This document shows positions 16,794 to 27,602 of a stretch of DNA of 64,000 nucleotides, piece after piece (the stretch's first letter is position 1; each line of letters opens with the position of its first letter). Source of the stretch: Methanobacteriota archaeon (GTDB lineage Archaea > Thermoplasmatota > Thermoplasmata > RBG-16-68-12 > JAJISG01). Position numbers and translations under genes: made by a program. The notes under the pieces were generated by a model that saw only the letters and a list, made by a program, of their open reading frames with translations, had not been told where the DNA came from and did not search any database. Where the stretch lies: positions 629 through 64,628 of the forward strand of contig JAUVFR010000006.1 of NCBI GenBank assembly GCA_030594205.1, written 5' to 3'.

Positions 16794-18770
16794 ATGAGTG
16801 TTAGGGACAAAGAGGCGACCACTGAAGGCGGCATGCCATCCCTCGAAGGGTGGATTGCCACCCAAGACTTTGAGACCACGGCGGACATCCGCGTGCCCGA
16901 GGGGCTGGTTGAACAGGTCATCGGACAGGAGGAAGGCGTCAGGGTCGCACGCAAGGCGGCGGACCAGAAGCGTCATGTGATGCTTATCGGCGACCCCGGA
17001 ACGGGCAAGTCCATGATGGCCCGGGCCATGTCGGAGCTCCTCCCGCGGGAAGAGCTCCAGGATACGATTGTCTACCACAACCCAGAAGACCCCAACGAGC
17101 CCAAGATTCGAATCGTTCCCGCAGGCAAGGGCAAGGAAATCGTTCAGGCTCACAAGGCGGACGCGATGCGGCGCAAGGAGCAGCGAGCCTCGATGATGAC
17201 GACCATCATCGTTGTGATTGTCCTCATGTCCGCTATCCTGGCCTTCATTACCACTCCACCTCAGCCCATGATCCTCCTCTTCGGCATTCTGATCGCCGTC
17301 ATCATCTTCTGGGCCACCCGGACCATGGGGAACCGTCAGGATATGTTGGTCGTCCCCAAGCTCCTGGCCGGTCACGATCCGGACGACATGCCCGCTTTCA
17401 TCGACGCCACGGGCTCCCACGCGGGGGCCCTCCTGGGAGATGTCCGCCACGACCCCTTCCAGTCTGGCGGCCTCGAGACCCCTGCGCATGAACGGGTCGA
17501 GGCCGGCTCCATCCACAAGGCTCACAAGGGCATCCTTTTCATCGACGAAATCAACACGCTCCGATTGGAGAGTCAGCAGAGTCTGTTGACCGCCCTGCAG
17601 GAGAAGCAGTTCAGCATCGTCGGCCAGAGCGAGCGAAGTGCCGGGGCGATGGTCAAGACAGAGCCGGTCCCGTGCGACTTCATTCTCGTGGCTGCCGGAA
17701 ACTTGGATGCCCTCGGTAACATGCATCCCGCTCTTCGGTCCCGCATCCGCGGGTACGGTTATGAGGTGTACGTCAAGAGCGTCATGCCCGACACCTTGGA
17801 CAGCCGAGAGAAGATGGTTCGGTTCGTCGCCCAGGAAGTCGTCAAGGACGGGAAGATCCCCCACTTCGACAGGGAAGGGGTCCGGGAGGTCATCCATGAA
17901 GCGCAGCGGCGGGCCGGCCGCCGGGGTCAGCTGACCCTGCGACTCCGCGAGCTGGGCGGCCTCATCCGGGTGGCCGGGGACATCGCCCGCGAAGAAGGCG
18001 ACGCCGTCACTGGGGCGGACCACGTCATCGCCGCGAAAGGGATGGCGCGCAGCCTGGAGCAGCAGGTGGCCGACCGGTACATCGAGCACCGCAAGGAGTA
18101 CAAGACCTTCGTAACCGAGGGGTCGATGGTGGGCGTCGTGAACGGCATGGCTGTCCTGAACGCCGACCCCAGCATGTCTGAGTTCTCCGGGATCGTCATG
18201 CCGATTGTCGCCGAAGTGACGCCGGCCCAGAGCCGGAATGATGGGAAGATCATCGCCACGGGCCGCCTCGGTGAGATCGCCCGCGAGGCAGTCCAGAATG
18301 TCTCCGCTCTCATCAAGAAGTATACGGGCGAGGACATCAGCAACCACGACATCCACGTCCAGTTCGTGGGGACCTACGAAGGGGTGGAGGGGGACAGTGC
18401 CTCCATTTCCGTGGCCACGGCAGTCATTTCCGCTCTCGAAGAGGTGGAAGTAGACCAGCGGTGTGCCATGACAGGTTCCCTGAGCATCCGAGGCCAGGTC
18501 CTGCCCGTCGGCGGCATCACCGCAAAGATCGAGGCGGCGGCCGAGATGGGCTTCAAGAAGGTCATTATTCCCAAAGCCAACGTCAACGACGTTCTCATCG
18601 AGAGCCGATACCGAGGTGAGATTGAAATCATCTCGGTAGAGACGCTCAAGGAAGTCCTGGACCACGCCCTGGTCGGCCCGAAGAAGAACGGCCTCGTGAG
18701 CAAGCTGGCCGACATGGTCTCGACTCGACGCGAGCCCGTCGTCCCCCCGGACCGGGCCGTCCCCCAGTAG
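16794..18770 (+). CDS. lonB: Archaeal membrane-anchored ATP-dependent protease LonB
   Basis: GDPGTGKS Walker A, two-TM insert, LFIDE Walker B, GDSAS catalytic Ser, GGITAKI catalytic Lys. Confidence 0.96.
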   Translation: MSVRDKEATTEGGMPSLEGWIATQDFETTADIRVPEGLVEQVIGQEEGVRVARKAADQKRHVMLIGDPGTGKSMMARAMSELLPREELQDTIVYHNPEDPNEPKIRIVPAGKGKEIVQAHKADAMRRKEQRASMMTTIIVVIVLMSAILAFITTPPQPMILLFGILIAVIIFWATRTMGNRQDMLVVPKLLAGHDPDDMPAFIDATGSHAGALLGDVRHDPFQSGGLETPAHERVEAGSIHKAHKGILFIDEINTLRLESQQSLLTALQEKQFSIVGQSERSAGAMVKTEPVPCDFILVAAGNLDALGNMHPALRSRIRGYGYEVYVKSVMPDTLDSREKMVRFVAQEVVKDGKIPHFDREGVREVIHEAQRRAGRRGQLTLRLRELGGLIRVAGDIAREEGDAVTGADHVIAAKGMARSLEQQVADRYIEHRKEYKTFVTEGSMVGVVNGMAVLNADPSMSEFSGIVMPIVAEVTPAQSRNDGKIIATGRLGEIAREAVQNVSALIKKYTGEDISNHDIHVQFVGTYEGVEGDSASISVATAVISALEEVEVDQRCAMTGSLSIRGQVLPVGGITAKIEAAAEMGFKKVIIPKANVNDVLIESRYRGEIEIISVETLKEVLDHALVGPKKNGLVSKLADMVSTRREPVVPPDRAVPQ

Positions 18771-18780
18771 GGGCCCTACG

Positions 18781-19302
18781 TTGGCGGGAGGCACTCCCTC
18801 TCGTGTTCTGTTCGTGGGCCGCTTCCAGCCGTTCCACCTGGGCCACCTGCACATGGTGAAGTCGCTGGTGCGCGAGTTTGACGAAGTGGTTCTGATCCTC
18901 GGGAGCAGCCAGGCCTCTCACACGTCCAAGAATCCGTTCAGCCTGGAGGAACGCACGAGGATGATTCGAGAGAGTCTCCAGGCCGAGGCGGTGGAGGCGG
19001 TCCGGATTGTCCCCATGCGTGACGTAGGGGATCACGCCGCCTGGCTAAGCGAACTTCGCATCCTCGCTCCGGCCTTTGGGGCCGTGGCGACGCACGACGG
19101 CGTGACGAGACACATCTTCAAGGAGGCCGGGTACAGGGTCCTGAACCGGCCTCTCCTCGACCGGGAAGTCCTCTCAGGCACGGAGGTCCGGAAACGCATC
19201 CGTGCAGGACAGGATTGGGAGCAACTAGTCCCCGGCGCGGTTCGTTCGATCATCCGCGAGCTTGATGCGGTCGAGCGAATCCGGGCCCTGGATGATCAAT
19301 AG
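18781..19302 (+). CDS. nadM: Nicotinamide-nucleotide adenylyltransferase
   Basis: GRFQPFHLGH, KNPFS..ER, SGTEVR. Confidence 0.9.
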   Translation: MAGGTPSRVLFVGRFQPFHLGHLHMVKSLVREFDEVVLILGSSQASHTSKNPFSLEERTRMIRESLQAEAVEAVRIVPMRDVGDHAAWLSELRILAPAFGAVATHDGVTRHIFKEAGYRVLNRPLLDREVLSGTEVRKRIRAGQDWEQLVPGAVRSIIRELDAVERIRALDDQ

Positions 19303-19763
19303 AGAACCAACAGCGTCAGGATTGTTCCGACCGAGAACCCGGAGACCGTGAGGTTGAGGGCAGGAGCCCAGCGGCGGCTCATGCCGGCCACGCGACCCCA
19401 CTTCTGCCCTCGGCGTGGCCAGGTATGGATTCCCGGTTCCGCTAGGCTGTCCAGCAAGAGATGCGAGGCCAGCCCTGTCAGACAGGCGCCCGCGAGAGTT
19501 GAAAGAGAGTCAAGCGACAAGAGTCCCGCAAAGCCGGCGAGGCTCAACGCGGCGAGGACGAGCAGGGCCCAGACCAGGCCGTAGGCCAGGGAATGGCCGT
19601 ACGGCGTCCTGGGACCCGATCTGCGATCCAACTCCAGATCCGGCAGGAGGGCCGTCAGGGCGGCATAGAACCCGTACGCCGTCAACGGCACGCCCTGGGA
19701 AAGGGATGTGAAGACGGAGGATAGGGCAAGCGCGAACAACGCATGGGCCAAGAGATTCGCCAT
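19296..19763 (-). CDS. Membrane-bound metal-dependent hydrolase (YdjM-like)
   Basis: H near the N-terminus, LLPDL, GHSL, SHLLLD motifs. Confidence 0.75.
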   Translation of the reverse strand: MANLLAHALFALALSSVFTSLSQGVPLTAYGFYAALTALLPDLELDRRSGPRTPYGHSLAYGLVWALLVLAALSLAGFAGLLSLDSLSTLAGACLTGLASHLLLDSLAEPGIHTWPRRGQKWGRVAGMSRRWAPALNLTVSGFSVGTILTLLVLY

Positions 19764-19915
19764 GTGCCAGGCGGGGGGTTGGGGACCTTCACGGTCGCGC
19801 CTACCTGCAGACTGCACGACACGACCGAGGCCTTGCAGAGCGACCTGGCTCGGACCCCTTCGCCTGCACCGAGGAGAAAGAAGGCTTATTGGCCGAGCCC
19901 CATTGCATTTCCGGA

Positions 19916-20653
19916 ATGTGCACCCTAATCCTCCTTCGCGACCAGGTTCCCGGATACCCCCTCTTCCTCCTGATGAACCGGGACGAGCTATACGGCCGTC
20001 CTTCCGAAGAGCCCACCCTGACCCGCGAGGCGACCTCCATCCTGGCGCCCCGCGACGTGCAGGCGGGAGGGACCTGGATCGGCGTGAACGAAGTGGGCGT
20101 CGTCGCGGCGATCTCTAACCGAGAAGAGGGGACCTACGACTCGGCCCGTCGGTCCCGAGGCCTCCTCTGCCTCGAGGCGCTGCGGCACACGTCGGCGTTG
20201 GAGGTGAAAGACTTCGTGGAGGAGGAGGTGGCCGAGGAGAGGTACAATCCCTTCAATCTGCTCTACGGCGACCGGGGTCACGCCTTCGTTACCCACTACG
20301 CGGAGAACCCGCGGACCGTCGATCTTGGGTCGGGGCTCCACGTTCTCGCGAACATGGACGTGGACGATGGAGGACAGCCCCGTATCCACCTCGTCCAGGA
20401 GGCCTTGCGGGACCGGCGACTTGGCGACCTCGCCGCGGCCATCGAAGCCGTGCAGACGGTCGCCGGGGACCACACCCTCTATCAGGGGGAGTCCGTCTGC
20501 CGGCATGGGGACCGGGCCGGGAGCGTGTCGAGTTCTCTCATCGCGATCTCGGAGAACTTTCCTCGAGACAGCCTCTTCCTGTACAGCGCCGGTCGGCCTC
20601 ACGACGCCCGGTACGAGGATTACTCGGCCCTTCTCGAGGGATTCATGCACTGA
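19916..20653 (+). CDS. NRDE/TANGO2 family protein
   Basis: MCT N-terminus, NRDE..RP, GGTWIGVN, SRG, YNPFNL. Confidence 0.92.
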   Translation: MCTLILLRDQVPGYPLFLLMNRDELYGRPSEEPTLTREATSILAPRDVQAGGTWIGVNEVGVVAAISNREEGTYDSARRSRGLLCLEALRHTSALEVKDFVEEEVAEERYNPFNLLYGDRGHAFVTHYAENPRTVDLGSGLHVLANMDVDDGGQPRIHLVQEALRDRRLGDLAAAIEAVQTVAGDHTLYQGESVCRHGDRAGSVSSSLIAISENFPRDSLFLYSAGRPHDARYEDYSALLEGFMH

Positions 20654-21824
20654 CCCGAGCCCGGGACCCGGGCCGGAGAAGAAAGGCCGCCGCCCCGCTG
20701 GCCGCCATGAATACTGCCAGCAGCGGGAAAATCAGCGCGAGGTCGGCCACGCTCCCAATGTAGCCCCCCAAGGCCGCGCCTGCCGCGCCGATCCCGAACA
20801 CGGCGAGAAAAACGAGGCCGTAGGCAAGGCCTCGCAGGTTCGGAGGCGCCCGACGGGAGACGAGGAGGTTTTGGAGGGGCTCGAGGGCGAAGAGAAGGAA
20901 GCCGAAGGCGAAGGCGATGACGACCACGGCGCCCGCGCTGGGAATCGCCAGGAGGATCAGGAGGCCGGCCACCAGGACCGAGGCCATCGCCAGCGTCGTT
21001 TCGACCCGCGGCCGGTCGGCGAGATACCCCCCTGCCACCTGCCCGGCTGCGCCGAGGGCGAGAATGACGGGGAAGAGGTACAGGCCCGCCGTCAGGGGGC
21101 GTGCCCCGACGCCAAGAGAGGGCAAGCCGAGGCTGTCCAGGTAGGCGGGGAGGAAGGTGAGGGCGCCCCAATACGCCACGCCGGCGAAAACGTAGACCAA
21201 AAGCACGAGGAAGAATCCCCTCGTCAGGAAGACCCCCTTCATCTGCGCCAGGTTCGCGGGCTCACGGCGTGCCTCCTCAGAGGGGGCACCAAAGACCATT
21301 CCGACGAGGACGACGAGGGCGGGGATGGCGAAGAGGGCGAGAATGGTCCGCCACTCCAAGGAGAGCAGCAAGAGGGCGGCGATGAGGGGTCCCAACGCGA
21401 CGCCGAGGCTCCCGCCCATGCCGTGGTACCCGAATCCGCGTCCCTGTTGGCGAACCTCGCGAGTGATCAAGGCGGTCCCGGCGGGATGATACGGACTCAG
21501 GAAGAGACCGAGGAAGGCGAGGGCGAGGGCGAGTTGGACGAGGGTCTGCGAGAGGGCAACAAAGAAGAGGGCAGCCACGGCCCCCAGGAGATACAGGTTG
21601 ATGAGGGCCTTGGAACCAATCCGGTCGGCCAAGTACCCAAAGGGGACACTTCCGGCCCCATAGAGCGCGTAGGCGGCGGCGGCGATGAGGCCCAGTACGT
21701 ACAGATCCGCGTCAAACTCCTCGATCCAGATCGTCAGGAAGAGAGGGATAATGAGGATGTAAGCGTGGTTCAAGGCGTGGGCCGCAGTCACGTAGCCGAC
21801 CAACATCCGCTCCCGGCGGTCCAC
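20643..21824 (-). CDS. MFS transporter
   Basis: About 12 TM segments, GYLADRIG motif A, YHPAG. Confidence 0.9.
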   Translation of the reverse strand: MDRRERMLVGYVTAAHALNHAYILIIPLFLTIWIEEFDADLYVLGLIAAAAYALYGAGSVPFGYLADRIGSKALINLYLLGAVAALFFVALSQTLVQLALALAFLGLFLSPYHPAGTALITREVRQQGRGFGYHGMGGSLGVALGPLIAALLLLSLEWRTILALFAIPALVVLVGMVFGAPSEEARREPANLAQMKGVFLTRGFFLVLLVYVFAGVAYWGALTFLPAYLDSLGLPSLGVGARPLTAGLYLFPVILALGAAGQVAGGYLADRPRVETTLAMASVLVAGLLILLAIPSAGAVVVIAFAFGFLLFALEPLQNLLVSRRAPPNLRGLAYGLVFLAVFGIGAAGAALGGYIGSVADLALIFPLLAVFMAASGAAAFLLRPGSRARVSA

Positions 21825-21914
21825 GCCGTTGGAAGTTCCCGTCCCCTTAAGGGCTTGCAGGCAGCAATGCCTCCCAGCGGGGCGCTCGCATCGAGGGGCG
21901 ACCAGGGTCGCCCC

Positions 21915-23564
21915 CTAGGCGAGGAGGAGGATCAGGGGCACGATGAGACTCCCCATCAGGTGCACCCGACGCACACCCACGAGAGGAGGGAGGAGGCCGA
22001 TGAGGGTGGCGAAGAGGGCGATGGCGAGTCCCATAACACCCGCGAAGAGGAAGGTGATACCCAAGAGAAAGGACAGGACACCGACCATGACCTTCCGGTA
22101 AGGGAAAGCCCCGGCAAGGCGCGCGAAGAGGGCCCCAAACCCCCGGGTAAGGAAGAACGAGGTCATCGATGCCACGGCGGAGGCCAAGAGGAACCAGGCC
22201 AGTGCCTGGGGGAAGTTGAGGAGAGGATCCCACGCAGCCACCAGGTCTCCCGAGAGGGTCTGGAGGGCTGCGGCCCCCCCGCTGCGAGGGCGGAGGATGA
22301 CAAAGAGAGCCACGATTGTGAAGAGCGCCGTGGCCGTGTTCACGCAGGACAGCGAGAGGATGAACGCCTCGTCGTTGGTCCGCTTTCCCCCTCCCTCCCC
22401 TGAGAGAAGCTGGGAGAAAATCGTAGCCGTGGCGGCGGTCACGCCCGGAATCCATGCAACGAAGGCGCCGACCAGGGTCCCCCCAACCGTGGCGCGAACC
22501 CGTTCTCGCCAGGCCAGCGTCGTACCCCCGGGGCGGATCTCTTGACGCGGAATGTGGGGCGTATGGGCTAGGCTGATGAGCAGGATTGGGAGGGCAAAGA
22601 GGCCCGTGAAGAGGGGAAGGAACCCCAAGCTGCGGAGATCGGCCTGGAACGCGGGAATCGGGAACCAGTTCCCGGCCAGGAGAGGCGAAAGGAGGACCAG
22701 TCCGCCAAGGTAGCCCGAGAGGAGGAACACCAGCGTCGCCCATCCCTTTTGGACGAGAGGTGCGAAGGCAGAGAGGCGGGGAGAGGGCGCGACGAAGAGG
22801 GCGACATCTCCGGCCAATGAAGCCGGAACCTGGCCTGCCAGCCGGACCTGGACGCTTCCGTAGCGGTCCGTGACGATCAGCCGATTTCCGACAAGGCCCG
22901 CGACCTCTCCTCGAAGGAGAAAGGCCTCGTCAGCGTCGGACGCCTTCGATGACGGGAGCCGGAGGATCTCTGGAGGAGCCTCTTCCGGACCTAGGATCCC
23001 CTCCGGCACGGTGCACACCAGCTCCTCTCGCGCTCGCCGTGGTTTCCCCGCCTCCGAAACAATGAGGATGCCAGCGACTAGAATCAGGCCAAAGGGGACG
23101 ACGGGGCGAAGATCGCCATAGCCGTCCACCGGCGTCCCCATGACCAGGCGGAAGGGGAGAATCAGGGCCAACCCCAGGAAGGCGGCCACGAGGCTCCCCC
23201 AGGCGGAGAGGTGGATGGCCTCAAGGCCCCGGCCCTTCAGGAGCATCCGATGTCCCGGCAGGACGGAGAGCGCGGTCTCCGCCTCGGGGGCTCCCAGGAA
23301 GATGGCGGGAACGTAATCGAGGAAAGTGTGGGCGACCACGTTTCCCACGACGAGGGCGCCGGCGAGAAGCACGAGGTCCTGCGGAGCCGGTGAGGCCCAC
23401 GAGAAGAGTGACCCGGCCAGGAGGAGAAGAGGAGTCTGGAACGCTAGGACGAGGGCGGCCACCGTGTTGACATGGAGGCCCGGGGTGAGCCCGGTTGCCA
23501 CACCGGCGGCCGTCCCCAACAGGGCGAAAGAGACCACTCCGAGAGCCAAGACGAGGGGGTCCAC
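21915..23564 (-). CDS. TctA/DUF112-family membrane transporter with a soluble insertion
   Basis: GLTPGLHVN, HTFLDYVPAIFLGAP, SVLPGH, VRRVHLMG. Confidence 0.85.
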   Translation of the reverse strand: MDPLVLALGVVSFALLGTAAGVATGLTPGLHVNTVAALVLAFQTPLLLLAGSLFSWASPAPQDLVLLAGALVVGNVVAHTFLDYVPAIFLGAPEAETALSVLPGHRMLLKGRGLEAIHLSAWGSLVAAFLGLALILPFRLVMGTPVDGYGDLRPVVPFGLILVAGILIVSEAGKPRRAREELVCTVPEGILGPEEAPPEILRLPSSKASDADEAFLLRGEVAGLVGNRLIVTDRYGSVQVRLAGQVPASLAGDVALFVAPSPRLSAFAPLVQKGWATLVFLLSGYLGGLVLLSPLLAGNWFPIPAFQADLRSLGFLPLFTGLFALPILLISLAHTPHIPRQEIRPGGTTLAWRERVRATVGGTLVGAFVAWIPGVTAATATIFSQLLSGEGGGKRTNDEAFILSLSCVNTATALFTIVALFVILRPRSGGAAALQTLSGDLVAAWDPLLNFPQALAWFLLASAVASMTSFFLTRGFGALFARLAGAFPYRKVMVGVLSFLLGITFLFAGVMGLAIALFATLIGLLPPLVGVRRVHLMGSLIVPLILLLA

Positions 23565-23624
23565 GGTTCGGGACGAAGGGGGGGAACAAAACGCCTGGAG
23601 CCTACATGCAGGCTGCCTGGTCAC

Positions 23625-25187
23625 TCAATCCGGGGAACCCCAGCCGCCCCCACCCGGGGTCTCCACGACGATGACGTCGTCCTTTCGGATGCCCATCGTG
23701 GTCTTGGAGGGCAGAGGGAGAAGGGTCCCGCCCCGGAGGAGGGAATTTCGACCTGGGGTCCCATCCGAACCCCCTCGAATCCCCCTCGGAGGAAACCGTC
23801 GGCGGTCGGAGATGAGAGAGACCGTTCCGCGCTCTCCCAGGAAGCGGACGGAACGAACGATGCCCATCCCCCCGCGAAATCGGCCGTCCCCCCCAGATCC
23901 GGGACGCAGGCGATACGCTTCCACCCGAAGGGGGTACGAGGTTTCGAGGGCCTCCACCGGCGTGTTCAGGGTGTTCGTCATGTGCGTCTGTACCCCGCTC
24001 ATGCCATCCCGGAAGGGGAGTGCCCCCTCGCCGCCCCCAATCGTCTCGTAGTATGCGAACTCCCCGTCCCCCCTCCGTCCGCCAAGAAGCAGGTTGTTCA
24101 TAGTTCCCTGCGACTGGGCAGGCACGACCTCGGGGAAGGCCTCCGCAAACGCCTTCAGCAGAACATCCACGATCCGCTGGGAGGTCTCCACGTTCCCTGC
24201 GGCCACCGCCGCGGGCTTCCGGGGGTTCAACAGCGAATCTTCGGGTGCCACGATCCGGAGGGGCCGATAGCACCCCTGGTTCGGGGGTGCGGTCGGGTCT
24301 GTGAGGGTCCGCAGGACATAGTACGCGCTGGCCAAGGTGACCGCATACGGCGCATTCACGTTCCCCGCCGACATTTCGGCCGTTCCCGTGAAGTCGACGG
24401 TCACGGCATCCCCCACCAGCTTGACTCGGACCCGCAGGGGAAGGGGTTCATCCATGACCCCGTCATCGTCGAGCTGGTCCTCCGCATCGTAGGTCCCGTC
24501 AGGCGCGGTCCTCAGGGCCCTGCGGACCCGGCGTTCGCTGTAGGCCAGGATCTCGTCGGCGAACTCCTCGAAGGCCGGTCGGCCGTACTTCGTTAGGTAC
24601 GCACGGAAGCGGCGATCGCCCGTGTTGTTGGCGGCCACCTGAGCGCGCAAATCCCCCATCCGCTCTCGGGGATCTCGCATTCCCTTGCGAACGCGCTCCT
24701 GCACGAGGGGATCCATGCGTCCTCGAAGAAGGAACTTCTGAGGCGAGAGAACGACGCCCTCTTCGAAGAGCGTGCGGCTGCCCGTCGGCATGGAACCGGG
24801 CGCGATCCCCCCAACGTCGGCGTGATGGGCCTTGTTGGCGGTGTACCCGACCAGATCGTCCTTCCAGAAGACGGGTTTGATCAGGGTGATGTCGTTCAGG
24901 TGCGAACCCCCCCTGTAGGGGTCGTTCAGGATGACCTGATCCCCCTCTTCTAGAGGCTCCCGAAGGAAGTCCCGGATGGCCCGGATGGCGAGGGGCATGG
25001 AACCGAGATGGACGGGGATGTGCTCTGCCTGGGCCACCATCCGGCCGTGGGCGTCGAAGATGGCGCAACTCGCGTCCATCCGTTCCTTGATGTTGGGGGA
25101 GTAGGAGGTCCTCCGGAGGACCTGTCCCATCTCCTCAGGAACAAAGGTGAATGCATTTTTCATGACCTCGAGGGAAACCGGGTCCAT
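23625..25187 (-). CDS. Hydantoinase B / 5-oxoprolinase subunit B
   Basis: SPNIKER.D.SCAIFD, IPVHLGSM, NDPY.GG.HL.D, TNT.NTP.E, TPGGGGWG. Confidence 0.93.
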   Translation of the reverse strand: MDPVSLEVMKNAFTFVPEEMGQVLRRTSYSPNIKERMDASCAIFDAHGRMVAQAEHIPVHLGSMPLAIRAIRDFLREPLEEGDQVILNDPYRGGSHLNDITLIKPVFWKDDLVGYTANKAHHADVGGIAPGSMPTGSRTLFEEGVVLSPQKFLLRGRMDPLVQERVRKGMRDPRERMGDLRAQVAANNTGDRRFRAYLTKYGRPAFEEFADEILAYSERRVRRALRTAPDGTYDAEDQLDDDGVMDEPLPLRVRVKLVGDAVTVDFTGTAEMSAGNVNAPYAVTLASAYYVLRTLTDPTAPPNQGCYRPLRIVAPEDSLLNPRKPAAVAAGNVETSQRIVDVLLKAFAEAFPEVVPAQSQGTMNNLLLGGRRGDGEFAYYETIGGGEGALPFRDGMSGVQTHMTNTLNTPVEALETSYPLRVEAYRLRPGSGGDGRFRGGMGIVRSVRFLGERGTVSLISDRRRFPPRGIRGGSDGTPGRNSLLRGGTLLPLPSKTTMGIRKDDVIVVETPGGGGWGSPD

Positions 25188-27115
25188 CAGCTCACCCGGA
25201 TGCGGAGGCATCCCTGCTCGTCTACCGAAACGGAGGTCCCGGGATCGACGACGGTCGTGGCCGTCTCTTCCTCCACGATCAATGGCCCTTTCCGTTTCGT
25301 GCCCGGGGGGGGGCGTCCGGTGAGAACGGGCGTCGGCGTCCGACTCCCGGCGAAGAGGACCTCCCGACTCCCTTCGGATCCCCCCTTGCCGCCCGGTAGC
25401 TTCGGACTGGGCCGATCCCGCCGGACCACGGCGGCAAGGCGGACATTCACGACCTCGAGGGACTCGTCCCTGCTCGCATAGCCAAATCGCGCCTCGTGGC
25501 TCCGATGAAACCGGGCCCTCAGGTTCTCCCCGTGGGGCACGTTGATCTCGTAACTCTGGCCCAAATAGCGAAGGTCCAGAGACCGGAGCATGAGCGCCGT
25601 TTCGGGAATTCCGGAGGCAGACAGCTCCTCCTCGGCCTTTCGCTTTAGCTCCGCGAAGGCCGCCTCCACCGCCTCCTCGGACCCCTCCAGCGGCCGAAGG
25701 ACCGATCGCCCGTAGTCGAGGCGGAAGTCCGAGAGGAGGATGCCATAGGCGGAGAAGGCGCCCGGGAGAGGAGGAACGACGACCTCGGGAATCTCCATCT
25801 CCCGCGCCACCTCGACCGCATGCATCGGTCCCGCCCCGCCGTAGGCGATCAGGACGAAGTCCCGAGGATCGAACCCTCGCCGTGCGAGGGCCACCGCGGC
25901 CGCTCGGACCATGGTGGAGACGACGACCCTCTGGACACCGGCTAATCCCTCCTCGAACCCCAAGTCCAAGGACTCGAAGAGCCGGCCCAAGCCCCGTCTT
26001 GCCCGCGCGGTGTCGAGAGCCATCTGGCCCCCAATCAGCGTCGGACCCAAGAAGCCGGCGAGGAGGTCCGCATCCGTCAGGGTCGGGATCGTTCCCCCTC
26101 GATTGTAGCAGAGGGGGCCGGGCTCCGCTCCGGCGCTCTGAGGCCCAACGCGCAAGGCACCGCCCTCGTCCTTCCAGGCCTCCGATCCCCCGCCCGCACC
26201 GATGGTCGTGATGTCAAGGACCGGTAAGGCGAGGGGGTACCCACCGATCGTAGCCTCGGTTGTCCAGGTGGGTTCTCCTTCTTGGATGGGTGAAATGTCC
26301 GTGCTGGTCCCGCCCATATCGAGGGTGAGCACGTTGGGGAGGCCGAGGGAGTCAGCCAGATACTTCGCTCCGGCGACCCCGCCGGCAGGCCCCGAAAGGA
26401 GGGCCTCCACGGGCCGTGTCAGGAGGCTCTCGGCCAATCGGAGCCCCCCATTGGAGCGCATGACCCAGAGGGGGCGAGAGAGGCGTGTCGTAAGGTCGTC
26501 AAGGTAGGACCGGACGATCGGGCCAATCAACGCGTCGAGGGCGGTCGTCGAGGTCCTCTCGAACTCCCGAAACTCCGGAAGCACATCCGAGGAGAGGGAG
26601 ACGGAGAAGTGGGACGCGAGGACGCGCCGGACCAAGGATTCGTGCTCTGGGTTGAGGAAGGAGAACAGCAGGCTAACGGCCACGGACTCGATGCCCCTTG
26701 CCTGCAACTGCGGCACCAGCGCCTCCACATCGTTCTCCGTCAGCGTTTTGAGAACGGTGCCCGCCGCGTCCACCCGCTCCGGCAGTCCGAAAGTCGCGGC
26801 ACGGGGCACAAGGGGTACCGGTCTGATGGCGCGGAAGTCGTAGAGACGGGGCCGGTTCTGCCGCCCGATGATCAGGAGGTCCTCAAATCCCTCCGTGGTC
26901 ACGAGGGCCGTCGGACTCCCCTTCCCCTCGAGGACAGCATTGGTGGCGATGGTCGTCCCGTGCCCCAGGACACCCACATCGAGGGGACGGAGGCCCTCCA
27001 GAAGCACGTCCTGCGGTCGATCTGGAGACGACGGGAGTTTGAAGGCCTCTAGCTTCCCCGCCTTCATGACGACGAAGTCAGTGAAGGTACCCCCTACGTC
27101 GACGGCGGCGTCCAC
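25187..27115 (-). CDS. Hydantoinase A / 5-oxoprolinase subunit A
   Basis: DVGGTFTD, HGTT.ATNA, SGPAGG, DMGGTSTD, GAGGGS. Confidence 0.93.
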   Translation of the reverse strand: MDAAVDVGGTFTDFVVMKAGKLEAFKLPSSPDRPQDVLLEGLRPLDVGVLGHGTTIATNAVLEGKGSPTALVTTEGFEDLLIIGRQNRPRLYDFRAIRPVPLVPRAATFGLPERVDAAGTVLKTLTENDVEALVPQLQARGIESVAVSLLFSFLNPEHESLVRRVLASHFSVSLSSDVLPEFREFERTSTTALDALIGPIVRSYLDDLTTRLSRPLWVMRSNGGLRLAESLLTRPVEALLSGPAGGVAGAKYLADSLGLPNVLTLDMGGTSTDISPIQEGEPTWTTEATIGGYPLALPVLDITTIGAGGGSEAWKDEGGALRVGPQSAGAEPGPLCYNRGGTIPTLTDADLLAGFLGPTLIGGQMALDTARARRGLGRLFESLDLGFEEGLAGVQRVVVSTMVRAAAVALARRGFDPRDFVLIAYGGAGPMHAVEVAREMEIPEVVVPPLPGAFSAYGILLSDFRLDYGRSVLRPLEGSEEAVEAAFAELKRKAEEELSASGIPETALMLRSLDLRYLGQSYEINVPHGENLRARFHRSHEARFGYASRDESLEVVNVRLAAVVRRDRPSPKLPGGKGGSEGSREVLFAGSRTPTPVLTGRPPPGTKRKGPLIVEEETATTVVDPGTSVSVDEQGCLRIRVS

Positions 27116-27172
27116 CCTCGATGGAAGGTCGCCGCGCTAAAAACCCCTAGGGAAACGGACGCCGAGCGGAGA

Positions 27173-27465
27173 TCAGGCCACCTCCAGCCGCTGCGCGCGG
27201 TGGAGGGGAGGGGGGCGTCCCAGACGAACGTAGGCCTCCCGGACCTCGCCTGGGATGTCGATTTGGCAATCAAGGAGACCTCTTGCTGGATGAGCTCTCC
27301 CGGGAAGAGGGGAGTCAGCGCCTCGGGACCGATGGGCTCCTTCGTCGCTGGGTCCACGGGAGGGGGCAAAGGCTCGGGAAGGTCAGCGACGATGTTGTAC
27401 CAACGACGCGGGACGTCGTCGACCGTGAGCAGGACCTTACAATGGCCGTTCTCCAGGACCGCCAT
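27173..27465 (-). pseudogene. trpB2: Tryptophan synthase beta-2 (TrpB2) remnant, frameshifted and truncated
   Basis: VPRRWYNIVADLPEPLPPP...LIQQEVS, then in the shifted frame IDIPGEVREAYVRLGRPPPLHRAQRLEVA-stop; covers only ~95 codons of a >400 aa enzyme. Confidence 0.8.
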
Positions 27466-27602
27466 ATGTAGCAAGATACGATACACTGTATAACATTAAT
27501 GAACACTGACGCTCGTGAATATACATTTAGAGAGGGTCAGGCGCATCACCTAGGAACGGCGGGGTTATCTAGTCATGTACGACTTGGTTCATTGGTGTTT
27601 CC

